From Octopus vulgaris (Eukaryota): a stretch of 64,000 nucleotides of DNA. Position numbers and translations under genes: made by a program. Each line of letters begins with the position of its first letter. Position 1 is the first letter of the stretch. Below, piece by piece: positions 49,522 to 62,489 of this stretch. Where the stretch lies: the NCBI GenBank assembly GCA_951406725.2, contig OX597816.1, positions 52,638,001-52,702,000 on the forward strand. Direction: 5' to 3'. Below the pieces are notes generated by a model that saw only the letters and a list, made by a program, of their open reading frames with translations, was not told where the DNA came from and ran no database searches.

Positions 49522-51634
49522 TGTATTCTATGTATTTTATTTTATATTATTTATTATTTGTTAATACTATTGTCTGCTCTTTGTTACTGCTAGTTCTAAC
49601 CACTCAATATAGTATCTTTATTCATTATAGAGGGTGACAGAATATATGATAGATTATTCATAGCAAAGACAATAATTTATTTTAACAACATCTCTTCCCA
49701 CTCACGCAGGCACATACGTTGTAGACAATCTGGAGCCATGCTCGGATATTTAAGCTGCAATCCAAAAATATATACAGTTATTCAGCCCAAGACATTGTAT
49801 GTCTATTAATAAAGTTATTTTAAGCAAATCAATTGATTTATCCTTCTCTACTGCTCACAACCAATTCAAAAAAAAAAAAAAAAAAAGCTGAAAAGAACCA
49901 TCATTAAAGATTTAGCTATTGATAAGAAATGAACAATGGAAAAACAGTAACTGTGCAAAATATTGGTAGTAAACAACTGTAGATGAACCACTTAAATTAA
50001 TAAGCAATTTCGAAATGGACAGTTTATTTAGTCAAATATGATTGTTCTCTTTTTCGAACCATATTGATATATTCCTTTTAAATTAATTAATTAATTGATT
50101 AATTGATTAATTGATACTACTTTTAGTGGTAAATATTTGTTTTTAACAAAAAAAAAAAAAAAAAATTTTTTTTTTTAAATCTGCAATTCTTCTATTAGAA
50201 ATTGTTATCCTTTACTACCTCTTTTCCCAGTTACTCAGAAAGAGGAGCTGTTGAAAAATGTAGTTAGATTTCATTTGGATAAGGAGAGAATGATAAAATG
50301 GTTGCTTCTGTTGGTGGTAGTGGTGGTGATGGTGGTGGTACTATTGCTAATCGATGGTACTGTTGCTTATTTACAGAAAGAATCATCATCATCATCATCA
50401 TCACTGTCACCTTCATCACCATCACTATCATCATCATCATCATTCTTTGTTGTCATCAACATCAGCATTTTACACCTACTTTTCAATATTGGCATGAGTT
50501 GGATGTTTCTGTTTCGTTTTTCTGAGGTAGTATTTTATGTCAGATTCTGATTTTTTTTTTTTTTTTTTTCACAGTTGTCATGTCTTTTAGTTACTTCTTC
50601 CAGCATGCAGTGATATGATGTACCTACTCCAAAATTAGGATACACACAGTAAAAATACTGCAGATGACTTCTTTTTAGAAAGCAAGCCTGATACACTTTT
50701 GACCATAAGTCAATCAGATCTGACTTGGAGGTTAAACAATACGAGGAACTCGAAGAAAACCTAAATACAACATTTATGTCAAATGTAATTCATGAGGTCA
50801 CAAATGCTTGAAATCTGGGACATAATGCAGTCCTTGGGCCTATCAGATCCTGTTAAATTGATAAACCCAGGCCAGTATAGAGCACAGGTATAAAATGGTG
50901 GTGGTGGTTGGCGCGTGTGGGTGTGTGCGAGTGTATGTGTGTGTGTGTGTGAGTGTAAATGTATTAATTTTTACTTCTCTGAAAATTGCAAGCTAAAAGC
51001 AGTGATGTCACCATCTCCCCTATCAAGGAATCAGCTGCTGGATCTGTACTTTCAAAGATGTTGGCAATAAGAGAGCTCCTACTTGAAAAATAGATAAGCA
51101 TTAAAAACAGGAAGGATATGCATCTTTAAAAAGCAACACTTCAATATTCTATTCATCTAACAATATTCCATTCATCTAACCAAGGAAAAACTGATGTAAA
51201 AAAGGAATGAAATATGCTATTTCCTCATTTCTTGAATCATTTCTATCATATCATCTCTTCCATGTTGCCTGTATTTTTCAAAATGTTTCATTTGTTATAT
51301 TTCCCTAATTCTTGCTGATGTTGAAATTCTTTATTTTAATAGTTTAAATTAACTTCTATAATCTTTTATTTGTTTCAGTCATTGGACAGTGGCCATTCTG
51401 GGGCAACACCATGAAGGGTTTAGCTGAACAAATCAACCCCAGTACTTGTTTTTTGTTTTAAGTTTGGGACTTATTCTGCTAGTCCCTTTTGCCAAACTGC
51501 AAAGTTAGGGGGATATAAACAAACCAACACCAATTGCCAAGCATAAGTGGAGCCACAAATACAGACACAAAGACACTCACTCACATATATACATACATAT
51601 GTACATAAGTACATATATATATATATATATGTAC

Positions 51635-51995
51635 TTCCTAACGCCAACCACTCTGTGAGTGTAGTGGGTGCATCTTACATGCCACCAGCACAGAGGCCAG
51701 AGGAGGCTGGCAATGACCACAATTAGTTGGTGCTTTTTACATGTCAGTGGCACAGATGCCAGTCAAGGCGGCGCTGGCATTGGCCATGTTCGGATGGTGC
51801 TGTTTATGTGCCACCGGCACGGGTATCACAACTATTATTTCCAATTGATTTTTATTTTGATGTTGATGTACTTGACTCAATAGGTCTCCTCAAGCACAGC
51901 AGGTCACCCTATGATCCAAGGTTAGCGCATAAGGCCATCCGGCGAGCCATGAACTCACTTCATTTGTTGGGTCTTCGCAGTCACAGCATATCTCA
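51635..51995 (-). mobile_element. SINE family C internal part
   Basis: cttcctaacgccaaccact...gtgctttttacatg tandem units. Confidence 0.7.
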
Positions 51996-52684
51996 TGTTA
52001 TTTCATAATATAAGTTCTCAATTTCTTTAGTAATTTCCATAAAAATCTAACACTGAGGCACTAGTCTATATAAATATATAAAATGAGGCACATATTGATT
52101 GGTAGAGTATAAGAAAACTTTAACTAACACAAAATTTGTTTCTGTTTGACTAAAACAGGCTGCTTCTTTTATTATATTTATTTATTTCTTCAGTCAAAAG
52201 AAAGTAAGAATATGGAGATATAACATTTAATGAAAATTCATTATCTGCAAAACTCAAACATGGTCCCTTACAGCTTCAATTAAGCCTAATAGATTAAAGA
52301 GCAATTAATAAAATCATTATATTAGACAAAATCTCATCAGAGGAGTAGAAAAAAGATATACCATTAGGTCTTTAAGTGTTGTATTTTAGAATCATCAAAG
52401 TAGACCAAGTATTATTATATGGCTAATTTAACCTCTAATTGTATTTATTTCTTCATTTGTTTATTGCAAATCATGGTGAGGAGTATTAATATAACTCTAG
52501 TCTCTGTGATAAGGAGCAATAAGTTATAAATGGCTGACATCCAATGTTATAGACCACTGGTTCTCAACCATTCTTTTGTCTATAGAATCCTTTGATTCCT
52601 ATTTTACTTGGGTGAACCCTCATAGCCATTCAATGTTTAAAAAATCCTGTTATATTTTTATAATTAAATATTAAGAACATACTT

Positions 52685-52896
52685 TTATCCTTTTATTTGT
52701 TTCAGTCATTTGGCTGCGGCCATGTTGGAGCACTGCCTTTACTCGAAGAAATCAACCGCAGGATTTATTCTTTGTAAGCCTTGTACTTATTTTATCAGCT
52801 CCTTTTGCTGAACTGCTAAGTTACAGGGATGTAAACACACCAACATTGGTTTCCAAGCAATGATGGGGTGACAAACACAGACACACTAACATATAC

Positions 52897-52994
<98 letters not shown>

Positions 52995-53148
52995 GGCTTC
53001 TTTCCATCTACCAAATCCACTCATAAGGCTTTGGTTGGCCCAAGGCTATAGTAGAAGACATTTACCCAAGGTTCCATGCAGTGGGACTGAACTCAGAACC
53101 ATGTGGTTGGTAAGCAAGCTTCTTACCACACAGCCACACCTATGCCTG
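52685..53148 (-). mobile_element. SINE family A, full length
   Basis: Reverse complement of family A. Confidence 0.85.
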
Positions 53149-53894
53149 TTTAAAATAGTGTTAAAATATTTTGTGCATTGTAGAAATGTAATTTATTTAC
53201 TGCATATTCATTTTAACAACAAAATCTTATATAGACTCTGGTTGAGACCCACTGTTTAAGAAGAATATCAATATGGAAAGATGTTTACATTTGTTTCATG
53301 TACATAACCACACCTTTACTTTCTCTCCTGGATTAATTTTGTTTCGAATTTTGACACAAGGCCAGTAATTTTGGTGAAGGAGTAAGTCGATTACATCAAC
53401 ACCAGGTACTTGACTGGTACTTATTTTATCAACCCCGAAAGAATGAAAGGTAAAGTCAACCTCAGTGGAATTTTGAACTCAGAGTGTACGGATGGAGAAA
53501 ATACTGTTAAGCATCTTGCCTGGCATCCTAACGATTCTGCCATCTCGCCACCTTATTTTGGATTAATTTGGATAAGCTATTATGGCAGGTAATCATAGTT
53601 CATTAGCCATCACTCATCAGTAACTCTAACTTATTTCACCAAAACACTACAAAATGTTTTGCAACTAGAAAGGAAAAAATAAAAAATCACTAATTCTAAT
53701 GTATGGAAATATGTATGTTGGAATAGCAGTGCTAACAAGGTTTTTCTTTCTAATAATATAAGAATATTCAAACTTTACTAAATGTACTGATTTTCTTTCA
53801 TTTTTGTTTTATCTTGCTTATTTGACAATTAAAGTCTTTCTCTATATGTATATATCATCATCATTGTTTAACGTCCGTTTTCCATGCTAGCATT

Positions 53895-54296
53895 CTCTCA
53901 TTTACTCTTTTACTTGTTTCAGTCATGTGACTGTGACCATGCTGGAGCACCACCTTTAGTCGAGCAAAGCAACCCCAGGACTTATTCTTTGTAAGCGTAG
54001 TACTTATTCTATCGGTCTCTTTTGCCGAACCGCTAAGTTACAGGGACGTAAACACACTAGCATCAGTTGTCAAGCAATGTTGGGGAGAACAAACACAGAC
54101 ACATAAACATATACACACGTATATATACATATATACGACAGGCTTCTTTCAGTTTCCATCTACCAAATCCACTCACAAGGCTTTGGTCGGTCCAAGGCTA
54201 TAGTAGAAGACACTTGCCCAAGGTGCCATGCAGTGGAACTGAACCAGGATCCATGTGGTTGGTAAGCAAGCTACTTACCACACAGTCACTCCTACA

Positions 54297-54300
<4 letters not shown>
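53895..54300 (-). mobile_element. SINE family A, full length
   Basis: Reverse complement of family A. Confidence 0.9.
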
Positions 54301-54350
<50 letters not shown>

Positions 54351-54945
54351 AAAAGAGTGAGAGGGGTTGATAGGAGAGAGGGATCTTTAATAAAGATATC
54401 AAAGGAATGATATATCTAACTCTTGCTGACATGAGTTTGTTATATTAGTTCAACTTTATTACTGTCACTCTTATTGTACATTGTTGGTTATCATAGAAAC
54501 TTAGATATAAGTAATTTGATTTGTTTGTTTCAGGATTTTTTTTAATGTTTTCATATTTCAACTTCTTTTTTGTTTTCATTTTTTTACTTGTTTGGAGATT
54601 ATATTCACAAAATATACTGCAACAAACAGTATTTATTTTTTCAACACAAATTGCTAAAAGCTGAAACAATATATAAGATTTTGCTGTGTTGTTAATTTTC
54701 ATCAGCTTTACTTTTAGCTGTCCACTTTTTGCAAAAGTCACTCAACTTCAAAGGAAAGACAACATAGTATTTTCACTTGTGAAGTTTATAGTTTCAATTT
54801 AACATTGGGCATAAAATTTTGTAACTAATCTCATAATGAAAAAGTCACTTAAATCTGTTCTTGTTGTATGGTTGCATGGTTAAGAAGTTTGCTTTGTAGC
54901 TGTGTGGTTTCAAGTTTAATTCCACTTTAACGAATCTTGGATTAA

Positions 54946-55805
54946 CACTCTAGCATTCAGATTTCTCTGTCGCATGTAGAACTTGTAGTGGATCCTGCAT
55001 GCATGAAGTGGGTTCAATCCACCATAGCCAAATTTAAATTAACACTGCAACAGAACTTTTCCCATGGTGGAACAATGGTTTTTCTCTGACAGCAGTTTTA
55101 CATTTTCCAGATGCCTTTAGCTAGACTGAAATAATGTCTTCACCACTTGACCCTTTCTAACCTCTTCTACTTCACCAAAGGCTAGAATAGAGATAACAAG
55201 ACCACCACCTAAATCTATTGTTCTTAAATATGTCTATCCTTCTGGATAGTTATAAAAGCAAGCATACCCCAAGCAAAAATCAGTTAGTCACAGTCGGTGA
55301 CAACTCAATGAGTTAGTCACCTTGGTGACAACGAAGTCTGGCTGACCAACCTTAGTCAGAGGGAGAAATGAAGTTTACTATCAGCAACTTTGAGACAACG
55401 TCCAACACACAACAACTCTCACTAGCTCTAATTCTGTTCTCTTACAACATCATTCTATCTCTCTCTGTAATTACTACTAAACAATGAAGAGGACACAAAC
55501 ACAAACTTTACTTCGCATGCTTTTGGATTTATCATAACCTGCCTGTCGAGGCAAGGTATTGTAACATAACAGTAAATAAATATTTCTTTAAAACTTCATG
55601 CATTGTCCATCTTTCATCTCCTACAACATGCAATTATAACAACAAAACTTTATCGTTACAAACTTATATATTCACATTGCCTTCAATTAATCATGTAATC
55701 GCATAGCTTCAAGATTTTGATTAGGTGAATCCTTATTTTTAGAATGACATTGTAGGGCTGGTATGAGAGACCAAATCTAGCCATTTTGAACACAAAACAG
55801 GTATC
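54946..55805. mobile_element. piggyBac-like MITE copy split by a solo LTR
   Basis: TTAA|cactctagcattcagatt... resumes after 55660 as ttatatattcacattg...tttagaatgacattgtaggg. Confidence 0.7.
54984..55660 (+). mobile_element. Solo LTR (Gypsy-like)
   Basis: TGTA...TACA termini, 4-bp TSD AACT, TATAAAA at 55251 and AATAAA at 55575. Confidence 0.75.
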
Positions 55806-58163
55806 ACTGCAGCAGTATTCACCTCAGAGCAGAATTGGTATATGTTACATTCAATACCCACCCTACCCCTGAACAACTTCCAGTCTTCACTACTTCTACC
55901 AATCACCACCTTTCTGTGCCTTCAGCCACTGCCCTCTGTTCCCCTCAGCACTACTCCATTCTAAACACCTCTCATATCTGCTATCATTCCCAGTGCCCTC
56001 TCATACCTACCATCATGCCCCACTTACTATATCCCCTTATTTATCTTAATATCTCCCTCTCCACTGTTCCTATACCTTGTATGTCATCTTACTACTTTCT
56101 CTTCTGTTCTCATTCCTGAGTCACTCCTAAATCTCCCACTTTAGCCCACTACATACCCTTGTTCATTGTTCACTACATGAACTTCTAACATCACATGTTC
56201 CCCCTCACACTTTTATGACAGTATCCACTCTCTGAGCACCTCCCATTGACTCACTGTCCATATCCTCTTTTATGCTCACCTTCTTGTACCTTCAGAGTTG
56301 GCTCTATCACCCCATCCCTACTTCCTTTTATCTCTTCCAGTCAAGTACACCCTCTATTGCAAGGTATCTGTGCTTGTCCTTCTATAGTACTTTAGCCTTT
56401 CAACATCAGGCATAAAGTGACACACCTCCAACTTCTCCTCCAAAATACTTCCTATTAATATAGGGAGCTTTCCTTTTTACCTGTGCTTCTTTAGTCTTGA
56501 AATAGCAGCCTCATTAACGCTGGTGACAAAAAAAAAAGTATCTAATACACTTTGTAAAGTGGTTAGCTCAAGGAAAGGCAACCAGCCATAGAAACCATGC
56601 CAAAGATGACACTGGAGCTCAACATGGCCTTGCAGCTCACTGATTCTTGTAAAATCACCCAACCTATGCCAGCATGGAAAGCAGGCATTAAATGATGACA
56701 ATGATTTGTGTGTTTGTACATATATCTGTGTGAATGTGTATGCATTTGTATGTACCTGTATGTGTACTGTGAGATATAGATATTTCAGAGCCATTTATAA
56801 AACTTGATTTGTCAGCTCAAAAGTCTGATTGAAAAAATTATATACATTGTTGAGACGAAGATTCATTTATAAGTTAAAATTTGTTTTAATACATCTCTGA
56901 AATATTTGCTAAACATTTTGCATTGGTTTTGAAGCTATTTCTAATTTCTACAAAAATCAAAAAAAAAATGAAAAAAAAGGAATTTGTTTATGTTCTACTT
57001 CCATATCCAGACTGTTCAGTAAATAACAATAAAGAAAAAAAAATTCTCTGCTACTACATCTGATCTGAAAGTTAAATTGAATCAATAGTTCTTATTCATG
57101 TCAGGTGTGCTAATATGTTTCCGATGACATTCAGTTGGAAAAACTATCTTCGTGAAATGTGAACAGTGATGTCTTCTTGTATGCAAATATATATATATAT
57201 ATGCAAAGAAAAAAAGGAAAGAAATTATATAAAACATTATTTTTAGATTTCTGCCGGAAACCTAACAGGAAAACAAACCTTGAAGATTAATGCACATAGC
57301 TTTGTTGGAAGACATCAACTTCACTTTGACCACAAACTATTCTCATTTCAGCTAAACAACACAGATTTCAATAAAGCTTTTTAATAGTTTTTTTCTCAAC
57401 TGTTGTTTTAATTATTGAATCAACTAACTGATAGCAGAAAGAGATAACTAATCAAGTAAACAGCAAGGTGTCAGAAAATTTCTTAATCAACAGGAATGTC
57501 AGGTTATCATGAAAATCATGTTAAAGTTAGCACTGACATATTAATTAGAATTACACCCACAGTAAGTGCAAGGTTGGCAGTTTGGTTAAGAAGGTTGCTT
57601 CACAACCATTTGGTTCAGTCTCACTGTATGGCACTTTGGGAAAGTGTCTTCTACCATAGCTCCAGGCCAACTCATGTCTTGTCAGTGAATTTCATAGACA
57701 AAAACTGCACATATTACTACCATAAGGATTTCAAACAAATCAACCTATTATCTAACTACTACTAATTGTTTCAACAAAATGAGAATGAAAGATAAAGTTA
57801 TGTTATAGTTTATTTAAAACATGTCCCTTAAGCCTTAATGCTAACTAGTGATGTGTTATCAAATATTAAATAAGTTTTATACACTAATAATTCATTTCTG
57901 AATATCTGATCAGCTTTCCATTGGCTAATAAGAATATAAGAGTTAGAAATATTAAATTTCTAAATATCTCAGAGAGATATAAGCAGTGGTGAATGATAAA
58001 GCAGTTGTATACTGTCAACTTAATGTGACAGTCCTATAAAGGGAATCACACCACTGTTATTTAGCCCTAGCAAGCATCAACACTTCCTGTCGGCCTTGAC
58101 ACATTTCCTGTGTACTTATGTTTACAAAGGGGAGACAAGCACCCCCATCCAGCTAAGCCAGCA

Positions 58164-58204
58164 CCAAGAGACATGTGTCTGAGTCTTGCTCATCATCAGT
58201 CTGG
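58164..58204 (-). ncRNA. Minimal hammerhead ribozyme motif (GAAA to GACA)
   Basis: ccAGA CTGATGA TGAG-caaga-CTCA GACA CATG TC TCTtgg. Confidence 0.65.
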
Positions 58205-58429
58205 AGTAGCATGATATAATATGAGTTATATTTTCTTTATAAAAGAAACCCCAGAAAAAATACATTTTGCCTCCATTCTTTCATACTAGCATAGGTTGGA
58301 TGCTTATGCTAAATCCTTTATGAACATAAGATTTTAAATTTGCATATTCAGTTTAAATATATATTTCTTATACTGAATATTCAACAAAATATAAAGGATT
58401 GATGTCTAGTTTTTAAGAGAGATAGAAGT

Positions 58430-58787
58430 ATCGTTAACCTTTCATCATCTGACACAAGATCACCTCCTCCAATGCCCCCTCCCCTCTTAAAGGATCTAAT
58501 CCTACCAGTGCTGGTGCCATGTAAAAAGCATCCAGTCCACACTGTAAAGTGGTTGTTGGTGGTTTGAAGGGAATCCAGCTGTAAAAACCATGCTAGAACT
58601 GACCTCACCTTTGCTTGTGCCACATAAAATGCACTCAGTCCATTCTGCTGGGTGGTCGGTGTTAGGAAGAGCACCCAGCCATAAACAATCATGCCAAAAC
58701 AGACCTAGAAGTCTCACACAGCCGTCTACCTGACCAGCTCCTGTCAAACCATCTGATCTATGTCAGCATGGAGGGCAGAAGTTAAAC

Positions 58788-58841
<54 letters not shown>

Positions 58842-58860
58842 GGTGATGATGGTGGTGATC
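58430..58860 (+). mobile_element. SINE family C with (GAT)n tail
   Basis: gttaggaagagcacccagcc...agcatggagggcagaagttaaacgatgatg. Confidence 0.75.
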
Positions 58861-59419
58861 TTTTACTCAGGAGGGACAGCAGTGCCTATTACCCTTTACA
58901 GTTAAATAGGAATCCAGTACACTCTGTAAAGTGGTTGGTTTTAAGAAGGGCATCCAGCCATACAAACTATGTTAAAGATTACATTAGAGCTCAACACTCT
59001 GCTAAAGGCACTCTAGGAGCCAGGAGGTGATGAACTAAGTCTTCTTCTTAAGTAGGTTACATCTGAATTTGAACTCAGAACACCAAACACCAGAATGAAT
59101 GCCACAAGACATGTGGTATTCTAATATTTTTTACTGTTCTATCAATCTACTGTTATGGATTTGTACATTTTTTATTGATCACAAAAGGATGATGGCTAAG
59201 TTGACCTCGGTGAGATTTGAACTTAGACTATCATACATTAAAACAAATACCATATGGCTTTCTATCTGACGCTAATGGTTGCGCCTATGAAGCTATGAAT
59301 AAAAATGTGAGCCACATAACACTACAAGAACTGCAGCTTTTGTTTTCCATTTCATATGCTATAAATCTGAAACTATATTACTCCATACATCATATAGCTG
59401 GATATCAACTATGTTTCAT

Positions 59420-59810
59420 TTCGTTTTTGGATTTGGTTTGCAACATTCTTTATATGAGTTCGTGTGTTGAAGCATATTCTGTTGCGTCTGGGGAGGGTCA
59501 TTTTCTTTTTGTGCCTTATTATGTAACACACTCACTGGTAAAATTTACACCTTTTTCTTATTTTTATTGTCCTAAAATTTTCGTTGCGTCTTGCAACCTT
59601 TTCACTCACCGGTAAAATTTACACTTTTTTCTTATTCTTATTGACCTAAAATTTCTGTTGCGTCTTGCAACTTTTTCAAAGTTATTGAAAAGGTTACAAG
59701 ATGCAACGAAAATTTTAGGACAATAAAAATAAGAAAAATGTGTAAATTTTACCAGTGAGTGTGTTACATAATAAGGCACAAAAAGAAAACGACTCTCTCC
59801 AGACACAACA
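59420..59810. repeat. Foldback arrangement of the unclassified repeat (tandem 74-bp duplication plus inverted arm)
   Basis: 59480-59604 is the reverse complement of 59685-59810; 59529-59602 is repeated at 59603-59676. Confidence 0.9.
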
Positions 59811-60014
59811 AACTATATTTCATAATTTTTCCAAATTAATCAGCCTGCTAACATTGTTCCAATGATTAAAAACTGAAAACGATGGATCAATGATCAAATT
59901 TTGCTTCTATAATTATCTGAGAAATATTTAATCTTAATCGCTGTTCTGTAATGTTTTATATCAATATTCCTCATTACCAATGGCCAGAATAGAAGTAAGC
60001 TAATTTTGATATAT

Positions 60015-60520
60015 GGTGCAGGTATGGTTGCATGGTAAGAAGTTTGTTTCTCAAGGGGGCGAGCTGCCAAAAACGTAAGCACGCTGGGTGAAATGCTTAG
60101 CAGTATTTTGTCTGCCATTACATTCTGAGTTCAAATTCCACCAAGGTCGACTTTGCCTTTCATCCTTTAGGGGTCGATGAATTAAGTACCAGTTATGCAC
60201 TGGGGTCAATGTAATCGACTTAATCCCTTTGTCTGTTATTGTTTGTCCCCTCTATGTTTAGCCCGTTGTGGGTAGTAAAGAAATAAGAAGCTTGCTTCCC
60301 AACCACATTATTCCAATTTCAGTCCTGCTGCATAGCACCTTATACAAGTATCTTCTACTATTGCCTCAGGCCAACTAAAGCCTTACAAATGAATTTTGTA
60401 GATGGAAACTGAAAGAAGCTTGTTGTATGTACACACACACACACACACATGCACATATATATACACATATATACACACATATATACATTTATGTATGCTT
60501 GTGTGTGTGTGTGTGTGCCT
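60015..60520 (+). mobile_element. SINE B (60055-60286) inserted in the head of an old SINE A
   Basis: TSD taagaagtttgtttctcaa / taagaagcttgcttcccaa. Confidence 0.8.
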
Positions 60521-61819
60521 AAAGACTGAGAAAGAGAGAGATAATTTAGACTTGTTAAATAGGTAAGATCTTAAAATGTCAGGTCTTGGCAAGAAGCTGA
60601 TATATAAAGCGAGTTACTTCTCTTAAATCTATACTAGTAACAGAAAACTATAAAAACGATAATGATAATGATAAATATAATGGGATGAGATAAGACTTAG
60701 CAAAGAGAAGGAAGACCTTAAATTTAAAATCTTACGCATGGATGATACAATGCAGTTGTATATAAAAGGTTTAATACAGAATGTATTTAAAGTATTTTAC
60801 AATTAAAATAATTTTGATAAAACCAATGATATTGTAGAACACACATGGTTCCATGGAAATGTTCAGTGATGTGTGCACTAAACCAAAAACAGAAATCTCT
60901 AAAGGAATAGCATCAGGAATGAGAAATGAAATGATAACTGAAACAACTGCAGATGCAATAGCAGAAATAACCATGGTAACAGCCACAAAATTAACAACAG
61001 AAATATAAAAACAAATGTTTACAGAAGATTAACTGAATTGGATTTGATAGAGAAAACCATTATGGGTTATATACATCTAACCCTGTTTTTATACAGAATT
61101 CTCTATAAACAAATTCATTCTCCATTTCCCATGCTTCACTACTGGCTACAGGATTGTCAGTTCTTTGCAATGCAACAGTAATCTTTTTTAACTAGTTCTT
61201 CAAACTGGTTTAAAATCGGTTTTATATACAACTGGATTTAGTTTTAAAGTTAGATTATAGTGCTGTAGGATTTTACGGCTTGGGATCAAATGCAAGAAAA
61301 AATAGAATTTTTAGTATATAAAAATAACCAAAATGCGGAGGAGTCTCACTACTTATCTCTCTGTCTGAGTCTTTCTATATAGAAAACACGTTTATGAATG
61401 TGTGTATATGTATTTATATATATGTGTGCATTTTGGTTGTAAATTGGGAATAAGCCACTTTAATAATTGTGTGTGTGTGTGTATATGTATATACTCAAAC
61501 CCACTTAAAACAAACACATACATATCTTTTGTTAGTTTTTATGTCCATTGGGTAAGACAAACATGTTATTGAAGCATTATTTGACAGAAGGATGCCCTTC
61601 CAGTCACTAAACCATACATGTTTTTCCAGTAAGGGATTTCTTATTTTGCATGTCTTTGAAGGCACCAAGCCAGCAGACAGTTTCTTGACAGAAGTAAAGA
61701 CAAACATATTATTGTTTACAATGAGCAAGTTTCAGAGAATCACAATAAACAAACACAGGGCCACACATGTATACAATGCCCAACTGAAATAAGCTGGTCA
61801 TAAAGATATATGCCATACA

Positions 61820-61986
61820 TAGGCGCAGGAGTGGCTGTGTGGTAAGTAGCTTGCTAACCAACCACATGGTTCCAGATTCAGTCCCACTGCATGGCATCTT
61901 GGGCAAGTGTCTTCTGCTATAGCCCCGGGCCAACCAATACCTTGAGAGTGGATTTGGTAGACGGAAACTGAAAGAAGCCTGTCGTA

Positions 61987-62048
<62 letters not shown>

Positions 62049-62272
62049 TGTGTGTGCATGTGTTTGTGTGTCTGTGTTTGTCACCCTAGCATTGCTTGAC
62101 AACCGATGCTGGTGTGTTTACATCCCCGTCACTTAGCGGTTCGGCAAAAGAGTCCGATAGAATAAGTACTGGGCTTACAAAGAATAAGTCCCGGGGTCGA
62201 TTTACTCGACTCAAGGCTGTGCTCCAGCATGGCCGCAGTCAAATGACTGAAACAAGTAAAAGAGTAAAGAGT
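61820..62272 (+). mobile_element. SINE family A, full length, young
   Basis: aggcgcaggagtggctgtgtggtaag ... gactgaaacaagtaaaagagtaaagag. Confidence 0.9.
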
Positions 62273-62489
62273 AATATGCCAGTTTCTGTGTACCATACAC
62301 TTACAAGGATATGGTTATCTCAAAGTTCCAAGGTTAGAATAGAAGATATTTGTGCAAGATACCACACAGTGGATCTGAACCCAAAACCTAGTAGTTGGGA
62401 AATTAAACTTATCCACATAACCATGGTTGCACTTGTATATGTGTCTGTCTGTCTGTCTGTATGTATGTATATATAGGTTGTACTGGGTC

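Noticed and set aside
55830-56400. C/T-rich stretch with a 94-aa ORF
   Set aside because: Low-complexity, probably a decayed repeat; no domain motif
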